The translations under genes were made by a program, and so were the position numbers. DNA of 64,000 nucleotides from Phyllobates terribilis (lineage: Eukaryota): assembly GCF_046119375.1 (NCBI RefSeq), contig NW_027362761.1, positions 69,378,001-69,442,000 of the forward strand, written 5' to 3'. Every line of letters begins with the position of its first letter. Positions within the stretch are counted from its first letter, which is position 1. Under the pieces are notes generated by a model. That model did no database searches and was not told where the DNA came from. It saw nothing but the letters and a program-made list of their open reading frames with translations. This document shows positions 36,691 to 48,854 of this stretch, piece by piece.

Positions 36691-37705
36691 TGACGCGTCC
36701 CCTGGGCCGTGTGTACACGTGTGTGGGATACCTCTGGGGTCTGTAGTCTCCGTGGCGGTGACCCGGTCCCGTGGCTCAGGCTGGTCAAACCAGTGGCAGT
36801 CTTTCTTAGGTTTTGAGGTTAATTGTCCGACTGCGCCACCCGTGGATTGCAGTCAGGGAGTACCACCGCTGCGAGGCAGACCGCTTAGGCTGGTGTTGTG
36901 TGCGTAGCAGAGAATGGGATAACTCCCCACGGGAGGAGTATAGCCTCAGGGCAGTGAGTGTGGATGATGGGGGTGATGGTGCACGAGCGCAGCAGGAACG
37001 ACTCAGAGTCTTTGCAGTGCAGTTCAGGGTCTTTACTGATGATTATAAGGTAGACCCTCCCGGGAGTACTGGTTAGCATAAGAGGCCTGGTCAGTCTGTG
37101 AGCAAGCAGGAGTTCCCCTGGCCAGGTGGAGTTGTAGGCCTCCCCGTCTGTCTGCACTCTTCCTGGCTACCTTGCTGTAAGCGGGTAGAAGTAGCCCACG
37201 TCCCTGAGTGTACCGTGTAGTGCTCACCCGTATGGCTGGTGACTTGGGGCCTTCTGTTAGCCTCCGCTCCACGACGGCCGTGCTGGTCCCTTGCTTGTGA
37301 CTGAGCCTCCGGGCTTCTATGGCCAGAGGACCTGAAATCCCCTGCCGGCTGGTTTCTGCTGCTGGATATATAAGTCCTCACAGCCTCGGACTCCTGTGTC
37401 CAGTTCCTATTGTCTTCTGCCAGGGCGAGCTCTGCTCAGCTTCCAGCCCCTGGTCTTTAACTCCTAGCTCCTACAGAGCTCCTTGCTGTTACTTTCCCTT
37501 GCTCTCACTCTGACTCTGACTGTTCTCTGTTCTCTGACTCACTCAACCCCGCCCCAGATCCAGTTTATAAGGGCAGAATTCTCCCCTCCCAGGACTGGGG
37601 CAGGAGGATGTTGCATGTTTAAGGGATCCTGACCAGGAAACCTCCCACTTGCTCTCCGACGTAATATCTCTATTACTGTGGTGACCAGACCCCTGGGGTG
37701 CCACA
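36691..37705. mobile_element. Solo LTR (about 1015 bp), 4 bp TSD CATG
   Basis: CATG-TGACGCG...GTGCCACA-CATG. The flanks rejoin as the repeat unit GTACTGCATGGCTCTTG. Confidence 0.85.
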
Positions 37706-37989
37706 CATGGCTCTTGTAAGGGGCATTGCAGTTCCTCATAATTTTTGGAAAGCCTTCCATTCACTGCTTAGGCCAACAGTGCACAGGAGACCCAGTTGCT
37801 ATAAATGGAAAAAAAGGTTTAGTTAACGCCCCTTGACCTCCATGTAATTTCCAAGGGGCATTGGAGTGCCTCGAAATTTTTGGTAGGCATTGCACTCACT
37901 GTATGCCCTATAACTGTGTAGCCGAACCGCTCCTTTTGTTACAGAAACATATCCTACAAGACATATCTGGTTGACTGGCCTGATATTGA

Positions 37990-39600
37990 TGTGAATGGTC
38001 CCTGTTCCTCCTGCTCTTTCTCCTTTGCCACTACCTCATCCATCATTTATCACCTGAAGCTTTGTTTTAACGGGAGTCATAGAACTTGGATAGTAGCAGG
38101 AAAACATCCAGCAATCCTCGGAGGAGGTAGGATATGCGCCAAAACGCTGACCACCTCAGGCCTAGCCGCTACTACATACATGCGCTTGCATTACATCAAA
38201 ACAAAGCAGATGCTAACTTCTATCATCCTCATCATGCTCCTCCCCTTGACACTCTCAACTCCCCTGATGGAGAAGCCAGGGCCCACCGGAGGAGTCTGAT
38301 AGTCCGGTGGGCTCGGCCAATGCTGCCCTAAAGCAGGCCAGGCTAAGAAAAGTGTGGGAAAGGTTACCGGGACAAATAGGGGTGGCTGGGGACCGAGTAT
38401 GGACACCCGGCCACCCCCTGGAGGCTGGGGAGCAAGCGGGGACACCCGGCCACCAGGCGGCTGGGGACTGCGTATGGATACCAGGCCGCCGACACAGCCA
38501 TGGCGTGGTGGCCAGATTCCGCCTCCACATGCCTAAAAGGCCCAATTTAAAGTGCAAGCAAGCAAGCAGTATGGTATTGCAGCCTGGGGGTGGGTGGGTG
38601 GCAGGCTGCATACTTGCGCTTGCATTGCAAGGAATGGGAGAGGTACAATTGAACACTGCCCTGGGACAAGGACTTGAATGGGGATAGTTGCAAGTCTGCA
38701 ACGACAGGTGCAAGGTGGGAGGCATCTTCGCATGTACCATGAACAGGGGTTTGGCATGCACACACTACAGCGGAATAGGCTCTCCTTCCCACTAAATGCA
38801 CTGGGGAGGGCACAGGTAATGTTTTGGTATACGCGCTTAATCTTATGTATAAGGCACACCAGGACAAATAGGGGCAGCTGGGGACTGAGTATGGATACCT
38901 CGCTGCCGAAGCCGCCATGAGGTAGTGGCCAGCTTCGGCCTCCTCCAAATTAAAAGGCCCCATTTCAAGTGCAAGCTAGCAGTATGGAATTGCAGTCTGG
39001 GGGTGGGTGGGTGGCAGGCTGCACACTTACACTTGCATTAAAAGAAAACATAGCAGATGCTAACTTCTGTCATCCTCATCATGCTCCTCACCTTGGCACT
39101 CTCAACTCCACGATGGAGAAGTCAGGGCCCACCGGAGGAGTCTGGTTCTCTGGTGGGCTCGTCCAATGCTGCCTAAAGCGGGCCGGGCTAAGAAAAGTGT
39201 GTGGGGGGATGTTCCAAGGAGAAATAGGGGCGGCTGGGGACCGTTTATGGACACCCGGCTGCCCCCAGGTGGCTGGGGACCGTGTGTGGACACCCGGCCG
39301 CGGGGCGGCTGGGGACCGAGTATGGACACCCGGCCGCCAGGCAGCTGGGGACTGAGTATGGATTCCAGGCCGCCAACACAGCCATGACGTGGTGGCCAGA
39401 TTCCGCCTCCACATGCCTAAAAGGCCCAATTTCAAGTTCAAGCAAGCAAGCAGTATGGTATCGCAGCCTGGGGGTGGGTGGCAGGCTGCATACTTGCGCT
39501 TGCATTGCAAGGAATGGGGGAGGTACAATTGAACACTGCCCTGGGACTAGATCTTGCATGGGGATAGTTGCAAGTCTGCATCTTCTGATGCGGCAAGGAT
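37990..39600 (-). pseudogene. Three degenerate antisense copies of an internal hAT transposase segment
   Basis: The - strand has CCCCTGTTCATGGTACATGCGAAGATGCC vs CCCCTGTCCATACTGCATGTAAAGATGCC at 33787. Peptide SVQLYLSHSLQCKRKY..LLELEIGPFRHVE..YSVPS vs SVQLSISQTFERKQKF..LLALEMLPFRLVE..YSVPS. Confidence 0.85.
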
Positions 39601-40494
39601 CACTTATGATGGGCACACTTTTAGACAGTGACCTGGGAGTCAGAGATGCTTCCAGGGGTCTTCCCCATGCTGTTCCCATGTCTTTTCAGCACTTTATGCA
39701 TGTGTCACACAGCACATGGCCAGATAAGGTTGTAAAATGTTAAAATGACATTTCCCGGTGAATGCATTTGTCATAGTTGAAAGCAATACAAAAGTGCAAA
39801 AACGCATAAAAAATGCTACTTGTGAACATAGCCGAAGGTGTGGAGGAGTATTTTTGTTTTTGGTCATTTATTTTAACTTATACACAAGTCTTTTCCCTGG
39901 AAAGGATGTTCCTTAACATATTTCACAGGAAAAAAGTTTCACTTTCGTTTTTGAACTTTTTATTGTGAACCCGTAAAAGTGGCTTAATACCTCTGACCAC
40001 GTTGTTGACAGCAGTGACCTGGGGGTCAGAAATGCTTCCTGGGGCGATCCCCATGCTGTCCCCATGTCATTTGAGCACTGTCACTATCGTTTTGGGCACT
40101 TGTTAGGCTTTTAAAAGACTGCCGGGGGTGCCACCGCAAAAATGCTCGAATCTCCCATAGACTAACATTGGGCTCGTTGCTCGGGTCGAGCACCCGAGTA
40201 TAACGGCGAGCTCGGCCCGAGCTTCGAGCACCCGAGCATTTTAGTGCTCGCTCAACACTAATAATAACGTTTTGACTATTTTGTAGTATTTTCTGGCGAT
40301 TGTGACTCTTCTGTGGTTTTTGTAGGTATTATTGGTATTGAGTCTTGTGCCAGCTATGCACATGTTAGTTCAGAAATCTTTTTTCTGTTATTGTATCTAT
40401 GTAGTAAGCTCAGTTCTGGTACCATATTTATGCAGTAAACTTGTTTCTGTTCCCATATATATAGTAAGCTTGGTTCTGTTGATGTATCTATGTA

Positions 40495-42052
40495 CAGTCA
40501 AAAGTTTTGAGAATGACACCAAAATTATATTTTCACATGATCTGCAGGCCTCTGGTTTTTATTAGTGTTTGTCTGATGTTTATATCACATACAGAAATAT
40601 AATTGCAATCATATTATGAGTACCAATAGGTTATATTGACAGTTAGAATGAGTTAATGCAGCAAGTCAATATTTGCAGTGTTGCCCCTTCTTCTTCAAGA
40701 CCTCTGTAATTCTCCCTGGCATGCTCTCAATCAACTTTTGGACCAAATCCTGACTGATAGCAGTCCATTCTTGCATAATCAATGCTTGCATTTTGCCAGA
40801 ATTTGTTGGTTTTTGTTTGTCCACCCGTCTCTTGATGATTGACCACAAGTTCTCAATGGGATTAAGATCTGGGGAGTTTCCAGGCCATGGACCCAAAATC
40901 TCTATGTTTTGTTCCATGAGCCATTTAGTTATCACCTTTGCTTTATGGCAAGGTGCTCCATCATGCTGGAAAAGGCATTGTTGGGCGCCAAACTGCTCTT
41001 GGACGGTTGGGAGAAGTTGCTCTTGGAGGACATTCTGGTACCATTCTTTATTCATGGCTGTGTTTTTAGGCAAGACTGTGAGTGAGCCGATTCCCTTGGC
41101 TGAGAAGCAACCCCACACATGAATGGTTTCAGGATGCTTTACAGTTGGCATGAGACAAGACTGGTGGTAGCGCTCACCTCTTCTTCTCCGAATAAGCTGT
41201 TTTCCAGATGTCCCAAACAATCGAAAAGGGGATTCATCAGAGAAAATGCCCCAGTCCTGAGCAGTCCACTCCCTGTACCTTTTTCAGAATATCAGTCGGT
41301 CCCTGATGTTTTTTCTGGAGAGAAGTGGCTTCTTTGCTGCCCTCCTTGAAACCAGCCCTTGCTCAAAGAGTCTCCGCCTCACAGTGCGTGCAGAAGCACT
41401 CACACCAGCCTGCTGCCATTCCTGAGCAAGCTCGGCACTGCTGGTAGTCCGATCCCGCAGCTGAAACAGTTTTAAGATACAGTCCTGGCGCTTGCTGGTC
41501 TTTCTTGGGCGCCCTGGAGCCTTTTTGACAACAATGGAAGCTCTCTCCTTGAAGTTCTTGATGATGCGATAGATTGTTGACTGAGGTGCAATCTTTGTAG
41601 CTGCGATACTCTTCCCTGTTAGGCCATTTTTGTGCAGTGCAATGATGGCTGCACGTGTTTCTTTAGAGATAACCATGGTTAACTGAAGAGAAACAATGAT
41701 ACCAAGAACCAGCCTCCTTTTAAAGTGTCCAGTGATGTCATTCTTACTTAATCATGACTGATTGATCGCCAGCCCTGTCCTCATCAACACCCACGCCTGT
41801 GTTAATGGATCAATCACTAAAACGATGTTAGCTGCTCCTTTTAAGGCCGGACTGCAATGATGTTGAAATGTGTTTTGGGGGTTAAAGTTCATTTTCTGGG
41901 CAAATATTGACTTTGCAAGTACAGTAATTGCTGTTAAGCTGATCACTCTTTGACATTCAGGAGTATATGCAAATTGCCATTACAAAAAATGAAGCAGTAA
42001 ACTTTGGAAAAATTACTATTTGTCTCATTCTCAATACTTTTGGCCATGACTG
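40495..42052 (-). mobile_element. Near-intact Tc1-like transposon, DD35E (Traveler-type), TA TSD
   Basis: TIR CAGTCATGGCCAAAAGTATTGAGAATGA, with 6 bp lost in the copy at 40495. TA on both flanks. Length 1558 bp. Confidence 0.93.
40666..41676 (-). pseudogene. DD35E transposase, 336 codons, one premature TGA
   Basis: ORFs 41284-41676 and 40666-41220 are in the same frame. FSDE, QHD and PIE motifs with 35 residues between D and E. Confidence 0.93.
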
Positions 42053-42234
42053 TAGTAAGAGCGGTTCTGTTTCCTTATTGATGTACTAATCTCAGTTCTG
42101 TTCTCGTATCTGTGTAGTAAGTTTGTTTTTGTTCCCATATCTCTGCAGTATGGCATACTGCAGCAGTGATTTCAGAAAAACGAAACTGGGGTGGTTGACT
42201 ACAAGAATAAAGTATTTTACAATAACAGATTTAA

Positions 42235-42677
42235 AGTGAATCTGTCAGCACGATTTTGTATTATAAACTAAAGACAAGGCTGTAAAGGCGCTGTAATATT
42301 GATTACATTAATACCTTGGCGAAGAAATCCACTTTGTTGTTGTTCTGTAATCAGCATTTGAAGTTTTCTGCTAATTAATCTCCTGTTCTGTGATTCCCCG
42401 GCCCGTCCACCTTCCTCTGGTCTGTGACTGACAGGTCACTGTTGAGATTTCAAACAGAGGAGGCAGCGAGGGGCCGGGGAATCACAGACAGGGAGGAGAA
42501 TACTCAGTATACAGTCCGGCCCCTGTGCACCAAAATCTAGCAGAGAACTTAAAATGCTGATTAAAGAAGAACCATAAAGCAGATTTCTTCACTAAAGGAG
42601 TCAATGTAATCAGCATTATAGCGCCATTACAGCCATGGCTTTACTTTGCATTACAAAATAGGGCTGACAGTTTTTCT
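42235..42677. mobile_element. TTAA-type palindromic MITE
   Basis: TTAA-AGTGAATCTGTCAGC...GCTGACAGTTTTTCT. Inverted interior. Confidence 0.7.
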
Positions 42678-42763
42678 TTATATTGCAAGTTATCCCAATG
42701 TCAATATTTTTTTCATTATTGATGGAGCACAAAACCTAATGCAATATCACCAATATTTTCTAG

Positions 42764-42913
42764 GCAGAGAAAGTTTTGGTTTCATTCCCATGCATTAATC
42801 CCATGGTGGCTCAGCTACTTCTACACAGAGGATCCTCATTACAGTGGTTACTTTCTGCAACCAATGACCAACTTAAACAACTTTTCCCAGAAGTGCCATC
42901 AAAAATTTTAAAG
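42764..42913 (+). CDS. SHOC1: SHOC1 coding exon (150 bp, phase 0-0), HhH-like region: [50 protein letters not shown]
   Basis: Acceptor tattttctAG and donor AAG|GTAAGA. Matches recalled human [50 protein letters not shown]. Confidence 0.93.
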
Positions 42914-43708
42914 GTAAGATAATAAATAATGTGTTGAAAAAAGTCAGTCTACAATTTTGATATTGACTGCAACATTCTTATCATAAGGCACTGTTAGCTT
43001 TTAGTGAGCTTGATTATTGCAATAACTATCATCAGAAAATGACCTTTTGTTTAAATAAGGCTTTTGTGTTAAATGTATTTTTTTTAATAGTTGCTTTTTT
43101 TTTACAGTAAAATCTTTATTTAAAAAAAAATAATAATCTTGCAATTTTCACACTGGTCAATAGGTTTTTTTTTATATGCATCCTGTCCTTTCAGTAAGAC
43201 TTTACAGCAGTTTCCTTATCAGAGGTAGGAAAACAATGACGGGCAAAACCTCTATATATGCTCCTTCTCTTCACAATGTCCTTTGCACACGCTCATTAGA
43301 TGCTTCAATGCAAATGGTAGGGTCACTTCATTGTGGCTAACGTCCACTTGTTTTCTTAAACAGGAAGTTGGAGTGTAATTTTTATTTTTAATACAGATTG
43401 TGATGTGACAAAAAACATCAATACAAATAAAAAAGATTACATTTAACACCAATAACCCGATTTAAACAATAGCCCATTCTCTGACGATACCCTCCCTTTT
43501 CTTAAAATAGTGAAACTTTACAGTTTCGTGCTGCTATCATTCCAATATTTGGCTGAGATAGGGAGTCAGATATTGTCTGTGACCTTCACCAACCTTAATA
43601 TGACCCCGGCTTACCTATTAAGAGTGTTTGCAAGTGAGTGTTAAGTTATCATTATCAGAAATCCATACATGGGCTTTGAATCCATCATGCTTATTAATTT
43701 TTTTTCAG

Positions 43709-44381
43709 CACTTTAGTGATATCACTGCCAATCATCAGCTGAGCTTATCTGTCTCCTCACCAAGACCTTCTCAAAAACCAACCAGGACTGAAAACACAAG
43801 CAGAAGTCAAAGCAAAGATAATATATCTCAACCAGGGCCGGCTTCAGAATTTCACATCGTTAAGAGATTTGCCATATCTGATCCGTCAGTGACGTTTGGC
43901 CAGAGTTGTCACATGGAGACAGATTTTGCTAAGCCTCTAAAACAGTGGACATGGTCAGAAAAAGGACTGGAAAAATATCAATCTGCATACCTACAAGATA
44001 ATACAGTTGAGGGGCCATTCTCCTCTGGACAACACCGTTTATTGCACACAGTTTCCCATCATCCCAACCCTGTTTTGAAAAGTAAAGAACAAGAGCCAAG
44101 CTTTTCCATTAACCGACAAACCTTCTTTGCTGATTTATTAAGTGAACAGAATTCGACAAATCCATTAAACTGTGATGATTTTACAAATGCTGTGTGTATT
44201 AGCCAGCCACAACCTTCAGAGGTGCAGAGGGGCCCATCAACACAAACGCAGAAGACATTTCTCAGCCATCTTTTCACAGCTGGCAGCAATGAAGAGACAG
44301 GTTCTTATTGCTCCCAAAAAATTGCTGTTGGAAAGAGATTAAAAGTGAATAGCATCACGTCAAAAGAAGGAATGTCAGAAG
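43709..44381 (+). CDS. SHOC1: SHOC1 large penultimate coding exon (673 bp, phase 0-1), low-complexity region starting HFSDIT
   Basis: Lies within ORF 43628..44404. Acceptor tttttttcAG and donor AAG|GTacag. Begins HFSDIT (human HFCSIT). Phase is consistent with both neighbouring exons. Confidence 0.88.
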
Positions 44382-45148
44382 GTACAGTGTGTTTCTCGAT
44401 ATAAGGGAAGGTAAAAAGGAAGGATGAACACATGAGGAAAATGCAGTGTGTTGTTAGTGATGCAATGAGCATCACTAACCTGTTATTTAAATTAAAAATG
44501 GCGGAGTAGTGATGTCCAAAAACAACTTTATATAGTTAGATCGTACCTGCTCATTTAGTCATAGGGGTGTGCTTCATTTTCTGTTCAGTCACAGGCGTCA
44601 CCACCCACTCAATTTGATTGATTTCCCTGGTTGCGCCAACGTCACTGGAATCCCAAGCTTGCGCAATGTGGCGCTTGGAGCCACGCTTGCACACTGTCGA
44701 GCGGGCAGCCCCACTTGCACAGTTTGTAGTGTGCAGCCGGCCGCACTCGCGCAGTGTCGAGCAGGGAGCCGCGCATGCGCCATGACGTGGCACGCGCGGC
44801 CGGCTCCATGCTACACACTGCACTGTATATTTCTCAGTTATATTGTGGCCACCCTGACCATGAAAAATACGTACCGCACACAGATGGCATTAGTGTACCA
44901 TCAGTGTGCTGTCTGCGTTCAATATTGCTAAGTATAGGAGACGTTTTGTCATTTCTTTCTTTATCCATTCCAGAAAAATACTGTTTTTATATCTGTGTGT
45001 CTATGTACATCAGTGTGTCATTAGACACACTGATGACACCGGTATCGTTTTCTCACGTGTTTAAACAAAGACGTGTGAAGGGGCCTAAGTAGCACTTGAT
45101 TATTGAATTCAATTCATTTTTTATATTTCTCCTTTTCTTTAAAAACAG

Positions 45149-45246
45149 AAACAATGACTCAGCTGTCCCAACTGAAGAGGAGAAAGTTGACTTATGAGAG
45201 AGTTCCAGGAAGATGCGATGGTCAAACTCGTCTCAAGTTTTTTTAA
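45149..45246 (+). CDS. SHOC1: SHOC1 terminal coding exon: [32 protein letters not shown]
   Basis: Acceptor tttctttaaaaacAG, phase 1, stop TAA at 45244-45246. Matches recalled human C-terminus [29 protein letters not shown]. Confidence 0.93.
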
Positions 45247-45269
45247 TATTTATAATTTCTCTGTAAGTG

Positions 45270-45301
45270 AATAAAAATCTATTTCTTTGTAAGGAAATAA
45301 A
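45270..45301 (+). terminator. Candidate SHOC1 polyadenylation signals (AATAAA at 45270 and 45296)
   Basis: Two AATAAA hexamers 24-55 bp after the stop, in AT-rich sequence. Actual use not shown. Confidence 0.55.
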
Positions 45302-46285
45302 ATACGTCCACCTAACTGGCTATCATGATAACTTATGGAAAATATCAGGTTTTGGGTAGTTTTTCAATATGTTTTCTCCTTTGAAAATGTATTTGTTATC
45401 CCTGAAATCCAGTGACATAGCTATAAAGATCATATTTGCTACTGGTTCCTCTCACAACACTATCACTGTAACTGCATTGGTGGGTCACCGAGACTTAGCA
45501 ATACAGCCTTATAGGTGTGTTGCAGCCCAGCCATAAAATGAGGTTGCAATGACTGGGGGGTTGGTATTAGCATTCGTGTACTTGGTTGGGCCCACAGACC
45601 AGCTGAGGAGTCAGTCTGTACTGTGTACATGGGGGAGAAAGGGCAAGGCCACTGGAGATTAACTCTCTGAACCTCCTCCTCGCATTTGCGCCTTACCAGA
45701 TGCCCGCCATGCCAATTGATAAGAAGAGGAAGAAATGTATTGTTATACACTGCTCAAACAAATTAAGGAACACTTACATCGGATCTCGGTGAACAAAATA
45801 TTCAAGCTGAAAATCTTTACTGATTGAAAATAAACTGGTCAATCAATTTGAGGGCTGGATTCCAATTCGTCTTAACCCACCACAAAAATCAAAGTAGTCA
45901 GATGCACTGATGCATTATATGCCAGAGGTTCTCAATTGGATTAAGGTATGGTGAAGATTTGTGCAACCCTACAAGGATATGCCTCCCAAGCCCATTACTG
46001 ACACACTATCCTGCCAGGCATGCTGTATAGTGTTGCAGGCAGAAAAACATTCACCATTATGTCTCAAGACGCTTTCATTTCATGCTCATTGTAAGCCTCC
46101 CTGTCAAGAGAATGGGGTGCTAATGGCACACAATTCTGGTGTTCTTTTTCCAACTGCCAATCGAACTGCACGCTGCTCAGCGGTCAGCAAAGGTCAAATT
46201 CCAAGATATTGTGCCCTCATGCTAACCTCATGGTGTCTACTATTTGGTCAGGAACGTGTATATCTACTGGAGGTAATATTATAGG

Positions 46286-48303
46286 CAGAGGTGTATCTGG
46301 GGGGGGCAGCCGTGGCAAGTGCGCCGGGCGCAGCCGGCAGTGGGGCGCAGTCGGGCCGCCTAGTGCGGCGGTTTAATGTGTCTCCCCCGGCGGCTGCGTT
46401 CTGCCACCCCCCTGGACTTAGGAGTCAGCAGTTCTCTGAGCAGGGTGTCAGACTGACACCCAGCTCAGAGAAGCTGCAGCGTGCTGGCTCCCAGCATTGA
46501 AGCTCTGACCTCGGGGTCAAAGCGACACCAGCAGAGTGATCAGGTCATGTGATCACGCTGCTGCCGCCACTCACCGGTGCTGCTGCTGCAGAGGCGGTCA
46601 TTGGTGGAAAGTGCTTTGTGCTTCAGAGCTGAAGACACCGAAGATGGAATGGAGGTGAAGATTCATTGTGGGGGGTGATTTACTGTGGGGGTGATTTATG
46701 GTATGGCTGGGGGGTGATTTATGCTATGGTTGGGGGGTGATTTACTATGGAGGGTGATTTATGCTATGGCTGGGGGGTGATTTATGGTATGGCTTGGGGG
46801 TGTGATTTACTATGGGGGTGATTTATTGTATGGCTGGGGGGAGATTTTTGTATGGCTGGGGAAGATTAATTATATTGTTGGTGGGAGATTTATTGTATGG
46901 GTGGGAGAGGGGTGGGGGATATTTTGTGTGTGGGTGATTGGTGCGGACACAGAATGGGAAGGATGGGTGTGTACGCAATATGGGGAGCGAAGGAGGGGAA
47001 TGTATGCGGACACAGTATGGAGAGCGAGGGTGATGTGATGTGTGCAGACACCGTATGGGGAATTGGGAGGATATGTGAGGGTAAATATATGAGGAGACAG
47101 TACAGTTAGCAGAGGGATGTGAGAGAAGACGGTATGAGGAGGAGGAGGAAATAATGTGAGGAGAAAAGTGTGAGTGGGCACAGAATAGAGACTGAGTAGT
47201 GTTGGGGGTGTAGTATGGGAGGACAGTGTAAGGGCACAGCCAGGAAGGGACAGTAAGCCAAGGAAGGGGAGAGTGATGAGGGGGCACAGTATAGAGACTG
47301 GGCCCTATACGGGGAGGGGGGGCAGTATGGTAAGGAGAGGGCAGTGTGGAGGGCATGTACCATAAGAGGGACAGGGAATATAGTGAGGGGCAATTATTTA
47401 TTCAGAGGCTCAGCGTAGGGCAGATATTTTTATTCAGCATTATAATGACACTGCTATCTTTTAGGGCATCGTGTGGGGATGTGCTGCAGAAGACCAGAGA
47501 AGATGTAAGTCTGCAGAGACGAGCTGTGGATGAGAAAAGTCATCATGGCTTCTGGATAAGATGAAGAAAGAAAGCGACTCCAGAGATAGCGTCATCGATC
47601 AGGTACCTGGATGTAAATGTTTTTTGTGATACTAATTCTCAGATTTTTATTTATGTTAGGAGCATTAAAGGGGTTGTGATGAGTCTGCAGTCATTCTATC
47701 ATTCTATGTGACTGCAGACTTCTGAATTCCTGCACGCGGTCAGGATTCTCTCGTGCTAGCGATTTGCATACTTGTGGTCACATGCTGACTAGACATGTGT
47801 GGCCTCACTCAATGGCAATGAATTGAGCGAGGCTGAACACGTCTAGTCGGAATGTGGCCAGAAGTATACAAATCTCATGCTTGTGCAAGGCAGAATCCTA
47901 AAAGTGTGCAGTGCATGTGCTGTGAGAATTCAAAAGCTTGCAGTCACATAGATTGACTGCAGACTTTAATCTCAAACCTGGACAAGCTCTTTAATTATAA
48001 AATGAAGCCCTGTAGCCAATCCTAACAGTGTTGTAATATTCTCACTGTCAGGATTCAGCTCTGCTTGCTGGTTCCAGCAGCCATCACATGGATACCTCAC
48101 TCATATGCGATTTTCATACTTACGTTGACGTGACAACGAGCTTCTCTTTCTGCTTTTCTCAGTTTTTCACTGAACATTGAGAGAATTAGGAAGAACAGCT
48201 CGTCGGCACATGACTAAGTGTGCAAATCACATATGTGCTGGAGAAGGGGGGGCGCCAAACTGAACTCTTGCCCCGGGTGCCAGAAAACCTAGATACACCT
48301 CTG
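46286..48303 (+). mobile_element. Non-autonomous hAT element, 2018 bp, TSD ATTATAGG
   Basis: Perfect 13 bp TIR CAGAGGTGTATCT / AGATACACCTCTG. Identical 8 bp flanks. G-rich short repeats at 46670-46900 and a nested palindromic MITE at about 47670-47995. Confidence 0.94.
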
Positions 48304-48854
48304 ATTATAGGGGTATAGTAAATAGAAACAACATTTTCAAAACATCTCAGTTTATTTAGTATCGAGTATGAGAGCCAGGCACAGAAATCCAAACACTTAC
48401 ATGCTTTGGCATGCTATCAATAAAGTTATTATTGGTTGTCTAAGGAATGTTCTGCCACACTCAATGTACTGGGGAACGCAAATCTTAAAAATTCGCTGCG
48501 GGGAGATCCTCCTTTGTAATTGATGACCAATGACAGCCCAGATGTGCTCAATGGGAGACAAGCCTGGAGTCACTGCAGGCCATGGTAGCACATTTAGGCC
48601 ACACAGGATGCTCACAGTAGTACAAGCAACATGCTGCCTGGCGTTATCTCGTTGAAAAAGTGTTTCTGGCACATTTTAGATAAATGACAACCTCTGGTTC
48701 CTTGACCAAATCAATTTAACACCAAGCTTTTAGTCTACCTGGAATAAAGACTGGAGGGGTCTGGCTACCGTACATTATGCCACCCACACCATAATCCTTG
48801 GAATAGGACTGATATGATATTTCCTCATGAAGGCCTCTTCATAAAGTTGCCCAC

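Larger units (their letters stand above)
31485..40260 (+). mobile_element. hAT DNA transposon, 8776 bp, 13 bp perfect TIR, 8 bp TSD ATAATAAC
   Basis: TAGTGTTGAGCGA...TCGCTCAACACTA. ATAATAAC at 31477-31484 and 40261-40268. Contains a transposase. Confidence 0.96.
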
